From NCBI RefSeq assembly GCF_009834535.1, contig NC_045715.1, forward strand, positions 20,708,001-20,772,000: a stretch of DNA of 64,000 bases. The letters run 5' to 3'. The DNA comes from Camelus ferus (lineage: Eukaryota). The notes below the pieces were generated by a model, which was not told the origin of the DNA, did no database searches, and worked only from the letters and a program-made list of their open reading frames with translations. The position numbers were made by a program, and so were the translations under genes. This document shows positions 13,080 to 24,682 of the stretch, piece by piece (positions within the stretch are counted from its first letter, which is position 1; each line of letters starts with the position of its first letter).

Positions 13080-13720
13080 ACTTAAGCTTGAACAAATCTC
13101 AAAACCATAATATTGAGTGGAAAAAAGAAAGCCACAGAAGACTGTGCACAACATGACACCATAGTATAAAATTAAAAAACACATAAAATTTAATGATCAA
13201 GTATGTGAAAGATAAAGAGTGAATTTAGAATGTTGTTATACAGCATAGAGCATCTTTGAAATGATAGTATTCTGTTTCTCAATAGGTATACAGGTTTGTT
13301 TTATTTTTCTTTGTACCTGACACCTACGTAATATATAAACTCTTTAGCTTTTCACTGCAGTAAACACATATACAGAAAAGTGCACCAGTTGAGTATATCC
13401 ATGTGATCAGCAGCACCCAGTTCAAGAACATATCATTACCGCATCTAGAAGACCCTCTCCAGATTACTACCATTTGCTACCACCCCACCAGAGGTAATCA
13501 CTATCTTAATTTCTAACCTTGTACATTAGCTTTGCCAATTTCTGCACTTTATATAAATGCAATACGTGCCTTTTGTTTCTGGCTTCTTTACTCTCATTAT
13601 GTTTGTGACCTTGTTGCATATCTTTGTGGTTTACTCATTCTCATTGCTGTTGAGTGTTCCGTGTATGAATATACCACAGTTTATTTAGCCATTATATAGT
13701 TGTACATTAGATATAGTCTT
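13080..13720. mobile_element. Ancient L1 fragments between ABHD16A and LY6G6F
   Basis: AT-rich, with L1M-like motifs (gtatatccatgtgatcagcagcacccagttcaagaac; tttatataaatgcaatacgtgccttttgtttctggcttctttactc). Boundaries approximate. Confidence 0.5.
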
Positions 13721-14289
13721 TGGTATACATGAAATATTTCATCAAAAACAACTGTTAAAGGAATAGCCTTTGAAAATAAATAACACATTACAAACTATTA
13801 GAGCTATATGAAGATCTGCCCTAAGAGTCCTGCCTGGGGCAAAGGGATGAATCAGTGAATTTTCCAGGCCCCTGCTAGCCTTCTCCTTGAGTTAATAACT
13901 TAATATACTCATCAGAGGCTCAGAAGAAGTCTGTGGTGTGCCAGGCAGCCACAAGGAATGTCATTCTGTCATTTATGGAGTACTGACTGGGTGTGCAGTC
14001 TTGTGCTGGGGTTCCATGGAAACCAACATGAAGACTCATCTTCACTCATGGCTGAGATCTCTAGGGTTGGAAGGCAGAACAGGGAATGTAATTCCAGACT
14101 GATGGGATGTGGACAACCGTGACTGCTTCTGGGCAGACGTCTTAGCATGGAGAGTTTTTGATCTGACTCCTTCAGCTGATGTGGAGTCTGAAGGGTGATG
14201 GGGTCATCTTCAGAGTGGCCTGAACTGGGTCTTTTCTCTCTCGGCATGGAAAGGTGGTGATCATTTTTTCTCCCTGGTAGACATGCAGC

Positions 14290-14430
14290 TAGGCTTTATC
14301 TCCCCAGCATTCACATCCCCTTCAGAGGCCCTTGTCACTCCAGACTAGGGAGAATGGGCGTTTATCTGGGCTCTGTTTCCTCCCTGGGGATAGCAGGTCC
14401 CAGGCAAGAGAAGTTGGCAAGCTCTCCCCA
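14290..14430 (+). promoter_or_regulatory. LY6G6F proximal promoter with two AGATAA motifs (14296-14301 and 14362-14367, minus strand)
   Basis: Two TTATCT within 135 bp of the ATG, which fits GATA1 control of a megakaryocyte gene. Function is inferred. Confidence 0.5.
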
Positions 14431-17212
14431 TGGCTGTCTTATTCCTACCCCTTCTGTGCTTGTGTGGGCTCCCCAAGGCTGTTGCAGGTAAGGAGCAGGA
14501 GGTGAGGGATTCTCTAGCTCTTCCCAAGGTTGGGAGGGACTGCTGCTATTTCTCCTTAGGGGCCTGGGGAAGGCATCTGGCTCACGAAGATAGATTTACC
14601 CCAGTTGACCTCCCCCTGTCTCTAGTACTGGGGAAGACCCAGAGACCATGAGGGTCCAGGTCAGGTACAGTTTCCTTTAGAAAACAAGAACGGACAAGTA
14701 AATGCTCATCCAGAAAATGAGAAATGAGGGGAAGGGAGATGGGCATTTCTTAACTATTCCAGCCTTTCCCCTCTTGCCCTCAGAGTCCTTCACTCACTTG
14801 GTGGGGATGGGGGAGTCCTACCCTCTTCTATTCACCTCAATTTTTTGTAGCTGTCACTTGAAAAATGTGCTTACAGCCAGGCCCAGTGGTGGGGGTACCC
14901 AGGAAGGGGAGGAAGGTAGGAGGTTGAGTGGTGGGGTTGTGGATTTGATGGAGGGCTCTGGTCTCATACAACCCCCTCCCCACAGACAACATCCAGGCCA
15001 TCTATGTCGCCTTGGGGGAGACGCTGGAGCTGCCGTGCCCCTCACCGCCCACCCTGCATGGGGATGAAATCTTGTCATGGTTCCGCAGCCCTGCAACAGT
15101 CTCCTCTACTGTCTTAGTGGCCCAAGTCCAAATGGTCAGACCAACTCCCTACTCTGGGAAGCTCCAAAGGGAACCCCAGCTCAAACTGCTGGGAAACTAC
15201 TCTCTGTGGCTGGAAGGGTCCAAGGAGGGAGACGCTGGGAGGTACTGGTGCGCTGTGCTGGGTCAGCACAACAAGTACCAGAACTGGAGGGTGTATGATG
15301 TCTCCGTGCTCAGAGGTGAGTGGGGGGCAAGCAGACCAGGGGCTACTGGGAGTTAGGGAAGCCCAGACAAAAAACGAAGGGCTCCCTCTCTCCCTCCAGG
15401 ATCCCAGTTCTCTGCAAGGGCTGCAGATGGATCCCCCTGCTCTGTCCTCCTGTGCTCTGTGGTCCCTGCCAGGCGCCTGGACTCTGTGACCTGGCTGGAG
15501 GGGAAGGGTACTGTGAGGGGCCATGTACAGTCCTTCTGGGGTGATGGGGCTGCCCTGCTCTTGGTGTGTCCTGGGGAGGGGCTTCCTGAGCCCAGGAGAC
15601 GTAGACCAAGAATCATCCGCTGCCTCATGCCACAGAACAAAGGGATCAGCTTTAACCTGGCAGGTAAACTGAGGGACACTATGGGAAGGATGTTGCCTCC
15701 AACACATCCCACACCGCTGGCTGGGGAGGAGGGGAGAGAGGAGGCAAATCTGTTATTGGCCACGTGGGGCAGTGTGGAGGGGGTCATTTTTGGTGGAGCA
15801 GACTGCTGCCTGGAGGAGGAGGACTCTTTTCTCATTGACTCAATCCATTTAGCAGAGAAGGGGGTTGGTTAAGCGAGCTTTCTCATGGAATAGACCATCA
15901 GCCAAGAGGGAGAAGAATTCTGGTGGTCTATATCTGTATTTAGAAATAGAATAATCTGTGACTTTTGTGAAAAATCCCTTAGCAGAGAGGAGGAAAGTAA
16001 GAATTATTGCTGGGGCAGTTGTCTTTTGAAGAAAGGATATATGCACCGATGTTATAATGGCCCATTGATAGTGGAGGCAGAAGGAGGAAAAATATATGAT
16101 TGTTTTACAGTAAAAAGTCCATTATGCAGAGAAAGAATGCTATTGGTTGTAGAATAACCCATTCGCAAGGCAGGAGGGAGGAGCCAATGCCCATTATTTT
16201 GGTAAGCATAGGCCAATTAATGGGCAGTGACTGGGTTTTATTTCCCTCTCCATCCTCAGCACCTAATACGGTGTCTGGCACATGGTGGGCACTCTGCAGA
16301 TGCTTATGGAGTGAATGAATGGAAGAACGAATAAACAGAAGGCACTGTCTTTTTTCTTGAAAGGGTGGATTACTAGGAAGGGTATGAGTTAAAAATTGCA
16401 GTTGTGACTCATGGTCTGCCCTAGAGTTAGCTGTCCATGTGTAGGCAGGGGGCACTGGCACTCTCTATCAGTGTTGGCTCAGGGGGTCAGGGCGAGAGGC
16501 CTGGAAATGGGAGAAGGGGGGTTGTGGATATTGGGGGCAAGGAAGCATATGAAGTCTTCTTTTGGAAGAGCCCACCAGACTATGGGGGAAGCTTCTCTGT
16601 GGGGCACAAGGGACAGACCCCCTCCCTACATCCCTCCTGATCCCTCTTGTCTTGTCCTTGCTGCAGCCTCCATGGACGCCTCCCCTGCCCTCTGTGCCCC
16701 TTCCACAGACTGGGGTGTGCCCTGGATCCTGATGCTGTTGCTTGCAGTGGGCCAGGGGATCATTATCCTAGTCCTCAGCATCATGCTGTGGAGGTGGAGG
16801 GTCCAGGGGTCTCAGGGCAGAGGTGAGTCCCTCCTCCCCAGAGGGAAGAAGAGAGTTTGTGGGCACGAGGCAGAGGGGGTGAGCTCACATCTTGCTTTAT
16901 GTGGTCTTCCCTAGGGGAGGAGGGGGTAAGGAATACAATTCTGAGTTATCTGACTTCTCTGCCGCACCCGCTATGGCTCCTTCTCCCCAGATGCCTCAAT
17001 TCCTCAATTCAAACCCGAGATCCAGGTCTATGAGAATATCCATTTGGCCCATCTCAGGTGAGGAGCTAGGGGGCAGAGGTTTAAAACCCAGAGGAGACTG
17101 GGGTGGGGTGGGGATCAGATGCTGGTCCCCAAGAGGTGGCGAATGGAAGTATCCTTAATCTGTCTTTCTCCTTTGCAAAACCCACAGCCCACCTGCCCCC
17201 AAGACCAGGTGA
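14430..17212 (+). CDS. LY6G6F: Lymphocyte antigen 6 family member G6F (G6f), type I Ig-superfamily membrane protein, 299 aa
   Basis: Exons 14430-14487, 14986-15315, 15400-15663, 16667-16822, 16991-17057, 17188-17212 (900 nt, TGA). Signal peptide, V-type Ig domain (ELPCP...YWC, NYS sequon), second Ig-like domain, TM segment (WILMLLLAVGQGIIILVLSIMLW) and cytoplasmic YENI motif. Confidence 0.95.
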
Positions 17213-18179
17213 TCTTAATGACAGCTGCTGGGAAGTGTCACCTGCTGTCTCCTTGGTCATCTGGCACCTGAAGGATTCCCTGAAAACCTTGGCAAGAGGG
17301 GAGGGGCTGGGAGTGCTACTTCCCAGTCCAGCTGGTCTCCAGCAGCCAAACTATGTTTTCTGTGTGTCTGTGTGTATGTGTGCGTGCATGTGTGTTTTAA
17401 GGGGCTGGGAGCTGAAAGAAAGAAGAATTATTTTGTGATGTCACCTATGAAAAGGTGTGGTTTCCTATCTCGCAGTAGCCAGTGACAGGGTGGCCTGAGC
17501 CTGCAGTACCATGGGATGAAGGGAGCCTGGGGTAGCTGGCAAGGGCTGAGGAGGGTTGGGGATGGGCAGAAAAGACACAGAGGAATCCAGAGGCTGGAGC
17601 GCTGGGAAAGAATCAGCTATGGGGAACCAAAGGACAAATGGGGGACATTGAAGAAGAGAGAAGGGAAGAGGCTCAAGGCAGAGTAAGGGGAAAGAGACAG
17701 ACAGAAAGAGAGAAAAATAGAAGTACAAAGTGGGAGGATGGAGGGACAGAGAGAATGGAAATAACACTCAACTTGCTTCTAATTTAAGCCAGATCCTCAC
17801 CCCCGTCTCCTTCTCACAAAGAGAAGTTGAGAGAGAATAAGCACCTTTAATTGGACCCCAGACTTCCTCAGATGGAAGGGGAAGGAAGGGGTCAGGATGG
17901 GGTGCCCCCCCCACACCCCTCCTTATCCTCAGCACTCCATTGTGGCATCCGGAGCAGGGAGCAGCTTGTCACCCTGACATCCTGACAGCCCCACAAGTCA
18001 CATGCTCTCTCCTTAGGCAGCGAGAGTGTCCTCAGCGGTGGGTGGGTGGATTCTCCGGTTGGGTGTGTAATCTGGTTTGTCAGTAAACCATGGACAAGTC
18101 TGGGCTGGTGAAGCGGGGGAGGACACTGGTGTTCCTTGTCTCCTGTGGCCTCCTAGCCACACCCTCACCACTCCACCAG

Positions 18180-18269
18180 GGGCCCTTTTGTGTATCCAGT
18201 CAAGCTTGGGCTTCACTGGAGAAAGGGCCTTTTTGTGTATCTAGTCAAGCTGGGGCTTCGCTGGAGAAA
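18180..18269. repeat. Tandem duplication, 2 x 45 bp (4 mismatches)
   Basis: gggcccttttgtgtatccagtcaagcttgggcttcactggagaaa / gggcctttttgtgtatctagtcaagctggggcttcgctggagaaa. Confidence 0.95.
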
Positions 18270-18956
18270 AGCTTTCTTGGAAGTCTCACCTCAGCCTTCA
18301 CGCTGCAGTGGCTTAAGCTAAGCTATTGGCAAGAAGGAGGATGCCAATGACAGATGGAAGATGAAGGGACAGTTATTTTTCAGGTGCCAGCATCCCAGCC
18401 CAACCCACCAAGCAGCTATAGTTTGCTTTTAGAGAGAGAACGTGTGTGCTCGTGCACACACACACACACAGGCGTTTCCGGACTCCCAAGACAGCACTTT
18501 TATTATGTATACTCTTCCTAGCTCCCCAAGCCCTCCTTCCTGAGTTCCTGACCTACTAAATTAACCTTTCCTAACAGAACTCTCTTCCCCACCACATCTG
18601 ATGCCCCTTCAATCCCCTTGCCTGGGACCCCCAGCTCCATCAAACACTTGCCTTGCCAGAAGGCTGGGGTGAGAGAACACATCAGCAATGGACATCTAGA
18701 AAAGGCCAAAGATTTAGAACAGGTGTTCTTTATGAGGCTGGGCTCTGGGCAGGAACTCTGGGCCAGGAGGGGCTGGAGCAATGCCTGCAGGAATCAGGTC
18801 TTGTGGGGGTTCTGGGAAGCTCTTGAGACCAGGGATCTGAGGTCACTGTACAAAATCAGGTTCTTGGCCAAATCTCACAAGTGTCTGTGCAGGTGTTCCC
18901 AGGGCCATGGTGATGGTAGAGGAGTCCTAGGTTGACGGCTGTAGGTCTGTGAGAGG

Positions 18957-20171
18957 CTAGTGGAGAAGGTGGCCTCCCCAGGTGAAGCTGGCCATGAGGA
19001 CGAGCAGGGTGATGAGGAGGCAGCTGGGGAGCCGCTGCAAGGTGGTGGCCGCATTGCACAGGTCCTGCTCACAGCAGTGGTGCTGCAGAGAGTAGGAGCG
19101 CTCCCAGTAGGTGGCATGGCCCTGCAGAGGGCACTGGGCCCTTGGGAGGCAGCCTTTCCGCTGGATGACCTCACTCTGCTCTGTGGGACAAAGGGAGAAT
19201 GCCAAGGCTTGGGCAGGAAAGAGGCAAGGGCCAGGAGGCCACAGGAAAGGTAGGATGGATGGCAGTGGGGAAGACCTGGAGAAGGTCCACTGGACCAGAA
19301 TCCTACCTGAGGTACCAATGCTGATGCCACAAACTTCATCATCCTGACACTCGGTGGGAATAGGGTAGCAGGGTTTGGCGAAGTTGCAGGTGTAACAGCG
19401 GAGCCGTCCCTGGGCAGAGGATGTGGTGAGACCTGTGAGATGGATGGAGACCAGGCAGGGAAGAGAGGCAAACAGGACAGGTGAGAGGCTGAGCCCAGAT
19501 CTGGGAATGGGATGCACAGAGAGAGGTGATACACAAAATGGGAGAGGGAAGCGTGAAATGGAGAGAAAAGCAGACAGAAGTAGAAAAAGAGACACAGAGA
19601 AGGGAGGGGAGACAGTGCCAGAAAAGAAAAAGACACAGAGGCAAGAGGGATACAGGAAGTGAGAGAGATGCACAAACATGAACAGAAGCCAAGAGACTCA
19701 GAGATGAACACAGAGAATGATACAAAAAGCCAGACGGGATGGGAGAGGGATGGCAGTGAAGAAGTTAAGCAGATGGTGCCAAGTCAGATGGGAAAATAGG
19801 AATTAACATTGACCAAGGGGCCCAGCCAAGAAGCAAGAGGCAAGATAAGGGTCAGGGGAGACAGAGGCATGTCAAAGACGCCAGAAGGAAGAGACAGTTA
19901 TTCTCAAATGTCTTTGAAAAGAAACTTTTTTGTTTCACCTCATTAGACTGGCCAGAGACTGTTCCAAATATCTCTTCTTTCCAAAACCCCTACAGCTCTC
20001 TCCTTGGCATCTCTCAGCACACTCCCCAGCCCCCTCCCCAGCCCTCAGGCTCCTCCACAAGCCCCTGCCACCACCCGACCCTGCCTCTAGCCCCCAAGGA
20101 TTCCCCAGCTCACCCTTACCCAGTGCCCCACCAAGAAACAGAATGCAGAAGAAGATGCTGGAGGTGCCCAT
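18957..20171 (-). CDS. LY6G6E: Lymphocyte antigen 6 family member G6E, intact 133-aa LU-domain GPI-type protein
   Basis: Exons 20120-20171, 19307-19432, 18957-19180 (402 nt, TAG). Signal peptide MGTSSIFFCILFLGGALG, 10 cysteines (CYTC...CCEQDLCN) and a hydrophobic C-terminal tail. AATAAA on the minus strand at 18499-18504. Confidence 0.92.
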
Positions 20172-21082
20172 GGCTGGACCCGGGGCTCAGGAGTCTGGGA
20201 GAATGTGATCTGTACCCTGAGATCTGAGAGTTGGAGAGTTGGAGCATCTGAGCAAGACAGGGAGGGACCAGAAAACAAACACACCTAGGGAGTGAATCTG
20301 TGGGGGGCGGAACTGGGAACAGATTCAGCAGCCTGACACAGCAGGGGCCCTGGCCCCACTGCTCTCACATCCTCCCTGCCTCCTACTGGAGTCTGCTCTT
20401 ACCTTGAGGATCTTCTCTGCTCTTAACGTTTGCCTGTTACTCTTAGTTGCGTCTGCCGCTCCTGAGTGGTGTCTGTCAGTGTCTGTCACTTCCCCTCCTA
20501 CTCATCTCCCTCCCTCCCCTTGTCTCAAGCTGTTCTCTGCTCTCTCCCAGTTTTTGTTTCTTGGTGTTTTCCCCTTCTGTGCATTTAAGTCTCTGAAGGT
20601 CACCCTCCTAAACAGCCTGGGCCCAGATCTGTTTGCGCATGGTATTTGAGTGTGGAATTAGCAACCCCCCAACCCCGCAACCTGCACACACAAAGCCCAG
20701 CTGCAGCTGCGTAAGGGAGGACCCCACCCAGCCTCTGATCCCTTTGATCTCCCCAAGCCTTAACATTGCTATCCCATAATTATCTCTCCTGCTTTACTAC
20801 ATTGGAGGAAAGAATTAATTATGGGTGGGGCCAGAGGGACTGATGTGTTTCCACTGGGGCAGGGTTGGGGGGGTCAGAAAGACTAGGAAGGAAGGCAGCG
20901 ATAAGATCTGGAGCAGTGGTGGGGCGTGTGGTAGAGTCTGGAAGACTAGGGCTTGAGAGTCTAGGGAGAAGAGCCGCATCTAGGGAATCAGGGCAGAATG
21001 TACCAGGAGGAGTAAGAGGCAGACTGGGCTGGGGGAATGTGAGAGGGAGTGAGACAGAGGACACCCAGGTATTTGTTAAACA

Positions 21083-21568
21083 GCAGTTTTCAAAAACATT
21101 TTTCATATCAGAACCTCTTTACACTCAAAAATTACTGAAGACCCCAAAGAGCTTTTCTTATGTAAGTTACATCGCTATTTGTTATACTAGAAATCGAAAT
21201 AGAACAGTGTGATAGGTTTATTCAAAAATTTAAAAATAAAAAATAAAAATAAAAAATCAATAAACCTATTACATGTTAACAAAACATGGTTTTGTGAAAA
21301 ATAGCCTCTTACCCAACAATACAGTAAGAAGAGTGGCGTTGCTTTATCCTTGGGAGAATCTATTTAATGTCAGGCTTAATAGAAGAACCAGAAGATGACT
21401 GGGTTTTCACATCTGCTTCTGCATTCAACCTGCTGGGATGTGTTATTTTGGTTGAGGTTATAGTGAAAATCTGACCTCACACAGATAAGTCATTGGAAGA
21501 CTGTCAAGGACCCTCTCAAAGGGTCTTAGGGACCCCCAGGAGTTCTGGGGCCACCGTTTTAGAACTGT
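21083..21568. mobile_element. hAT-Charlie-like DNA transposon remnant upstream of LY6G6D
   Basis: Ends cagcagttttcaaaa... and ...ttttagaactg resemble the Charlie cagtggttctcaaa termini. Internal gaccccaaagagcttttcttatgt motif. Family assignment is from memory. Confidence 0.45.
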
Positions 21569-21788
21569 TTCTGAGGTGGAGGAGTTTGAGGACTTCAGAG
21601 GAATGTGGGGACTCCTGTGGGGGCCCCTCCCTGACCCCATTGGGGCCCCGGTGCCTGCTGGGGGAGACTCTTTCCTCCCCTTTTATTGCCCTATAAAGCC
21701 CAAGGCCAGGGGGATAAAAGGCTGGCAGAGCAGGGCCAGGGAGGGGGGTGGGAGGGAGGGAGAGGCGCTCTGGACACAGGCAGACACG

Positions 21789-23365
21789 ATGAACCCCCTA
21801 TTTGTCGGGATCCTACTCAGCACCCTGCTGGGGGCTGCCTTGGGTAAGGAGGCAGCCCAGGCGCCTCTCACACAGGCCGGTCCCCCTCTGCCAGCGGCTC
21901 CCTTGAGAGCCCAGGTCCGGCACCTCTTCTCTCCTGCCAGGAAATCGCATGCGGTGCTACGACTGCGGTGGAGGCCCCAGCGGCTCCTGCCAAGAGACCG
22001 TGACCACTTGTGGAGAGGGCGAACGTTGTGGCTTCCTGGAGCGCAAACCCAAAGGGGACGTGGGACAGACCAAGCTGTCTGGAAACCGTGAGTCCTCAGT
22101 TTCTCCCCCTTCCTCCCAGCCCCTCCCTGCCTCCAGCCCATCCCTCAATCCTTCTGGCTTCCAGAACCTTCCAGGCTCAGTCTGGCTCTGGGCAGATGGT
22201 GCCATTGTCGGAGTGGAGCAGTCTGTAGCCCCTTCTGGCTCCTGGCGCTGAGCCCTGGAAGCCTGCCATCTGTGTAGCCCCACCTCCCTCCTTTTGACTC
22301 TCCAGAGTCTCATAGGCCCATTCACTCACAAATGGTTGGAAAAGCTGTGTCCCTTGAAGGACCAAAATATTCAACCAAACTTCAAATTGCAGGCATCAGT
22401 TAAGGATCCCAGAGGGGTGTGTGTGTGTGTGATTTTAAATTTTAATTAATTGATTAATTAATTTTTGGATGACTGGGTCCAGCCTACTGCTCCTGGAGCA
22501 GCCCCCCACCCAATTTTTAATTTTGAAATAATTTTAGATTGACAGAAAAGTTGCAAAAATAGTACAGAATAGTACTGTATATTCTTCACCCGGCTTCCTC
22601 AAATGTTAATATCTTATAAAGCCATAGTACAATTAGCATAATCAGAAAATAACACTGGTACAGTACTACCAGCTACTCTACAGACCTTACTCAGTTTAGC
22701 TGGTTGTCCCACTTATGTCCCTTTTCTGATACAGAACCCAAACCAGGAGCCCACATAGCACTTAGCTCTCATGTCTTCTTAGTTGCCCCTTCTCTGTGAC
22801 AGTTCTGAATCTTCCTTTTTTTTCCCCATGATCTTGACACTTTTGAAGAGTCCTGGTAAGTTACTTTATAGAACATCCTGCAATTTGGATTTATCTGATA
22901 TTTTCTCATGATTAGATTGAGCTCATGAGATTTGGGCAAGAAATGATGTTGGTCTCTCTCAGTGCATCCCATCAGGGGATTCACAGTGTCAACGTGTTAA
23001 CTGTGATCACTTGGTTTTGGGGAGGTGTTTTTTGAGGGGGCGGAGGATCCCTTTGGGCTCCTTGAAGTCACATCTGCTCTGCCGCAGAAGGCAAGTCCTC
23101 AAGCCAGGCGTCCAACACCCCAGTCTCATTCTCTCTCTCAGCCTCAGTGACCTTGATTCATCATCATCCAGCCTGTGTGGCGGCCCATCATTGCAATCGA
23201 GTGGAAACAGAAGTGGTGGGAGAGGTGACTTATACGACCCACAGGGACTGCTGCGTCGGAGACCTGTGCAACAGTGCTGTGGCAAGCACTGCGGCCCCTG
23301 CATGCCTCTTGGCCGCAGCGGCCACCACCCTGGTCTGGCTCCTGCCGGGACTGTGGAGAGGGTAG
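21789..23365 (+). CDS. LY6G6D: Lymphocyte antigen 6 family member G6D, 141-aa LU-domain GPI-type protein
   Basis: Exons 21789-21843, 21941-22087, 23142-23365 (426 nt, TAG). MNPLFVGILLSTLLGAALG-NRMRCYDC...DCCVGDLCNSAV. TATAAA at 21692-21697 and ATTAAA at 23450-23455. Confidence 0.95.
22505..23015 (-). mobile_element. Ancient L1 (L1MC/MB-like) 3' fragment in LY6G6D intron 2
   Basis: ttgacagaaaagttgcaaaaatagtacag...cttcacccggcttcctcaaatgttaatatcttat...ccatagtacaatt; a similar text recurs near 53280-53370. Confidence 0.6.
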
Positions 23366-24682
23366 AGGGAGCCGGGGAAGGGAAGGGAGCAATGGAGCAA
23401 GGGAACTAAGGCACTCTGAAGTGAGAAGACAAACACTCCTCTTTGAGCCATTAAAAGCTATCCACCACTCTAAAGCTGACTGGAAAATTCCATCTTTTGT
23501 TGATGGGAGGGCTGAAGGAGTGATATGGGGTCATCTAGGCTTGAGTTTAGGGGTCATCAAGGATCAGTGGACTTAGTTACAATGGTGCACTTCTTAGCCA
23601 ACTAAACCCCAAAGGACAATGGAGAATCTGCCCTAAGTTGCTCCTACATCCTGTTGCTAGAGAGAATCTTCCTTAGCAACGAGGATCACTGAGAGGAGCA
23701 GGATCTGGGCTGAGTGGGGGCCACCAGGAATCAATGAGCCTGGTTGTCTGGGCTTGTTCCCCTTTCCTCCATTTGCAACTTAGCTCCCAGTATGGCTATT
23801 TTGGATTGAGAAAGGAAATGTGCCTCACTTACCTGGCCAGGAGGCCTCTGACTCTAACCTGAGGGAGTGAGGCCTGGCAAGAGGGTCCCATGTCCCATCC
23901 CCATGCAACTCTCCTACCCTTTCTGGGGATCCCTCAAGCCAGGCTGTACCTCCTTCTTGACAGTACATCAGAGGTATGGCCTAAATTTAGGATAAGGATT
24001 GTTTCTCCAAACACTGGGAGCTGTATGCCACCCCCAGACACCGGAAGAGGGATGGAGGCCTGAAAAACCTGTTTCTCCTTTTGTCGCAGCCCAGCCTCCC
24101 AGAAAAACTCCCTGAGGGGTTCTTTGATGGGGGTGAGGTCTGAGAGTGTTATTTCCTGGCGGGGGTGGGGGGGTGGGTGGGCGGCTTTTCTGTCAATAGA
24201 TCTTCTCACAAAAATGCACAATTGATCAGATACAGACATTTATTACTCAAAATGGAAAGGGGTGAGAATGAGGCTGGGGCACATATGACAGCCAGGGTGT
24301 GGGGAATCAGCTCATACAATGAGGTCATCAGGTCCTTCTTGGGAGCCTTCACTGGGGACAGGGCAGAACCCCCATTTCCAGCCCAGATTCCAATCCCTCC
24401 CCAAGGAGGGCATGGGAGAGTGCAGGAGGCAAAGGGGGGGGGGCCTTTTAGGAGGCCATGGAGGATCTGGAGTGGTGTTCAGGGAAATGGGGAAGGACTC
24501 CGGAAAAGCAGAGTGGAGGGTGTGGGGTGGAAGGATGGAGCGGGAGACCACTGTCTAAGCAAAGAAATGTGAAGGGTCTGGAGGGTTGCTTTTCTGAGCA
24601 AAGGGAAGCAGAGGTTACAAAGACAGAAGAAGAGAGGCTCAGGCCAAGGCAGGTGGGAGGAGGGGCAACCACGGAGTGGATT

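Noticed and set aside
18455-18469. Short (CA)n and (GT)n tracts (also about 17360-17395 and 22415-22430)
   Set aside because: Ordinary short microsatellites.
18875-19725. Long ORFs of 278, 240 and 128 aa on the minus strand
   Set aside because: They are extended by the CT-rich low-complexity LY6G6E intron. Only the spliced LY6G6E exons are supported.
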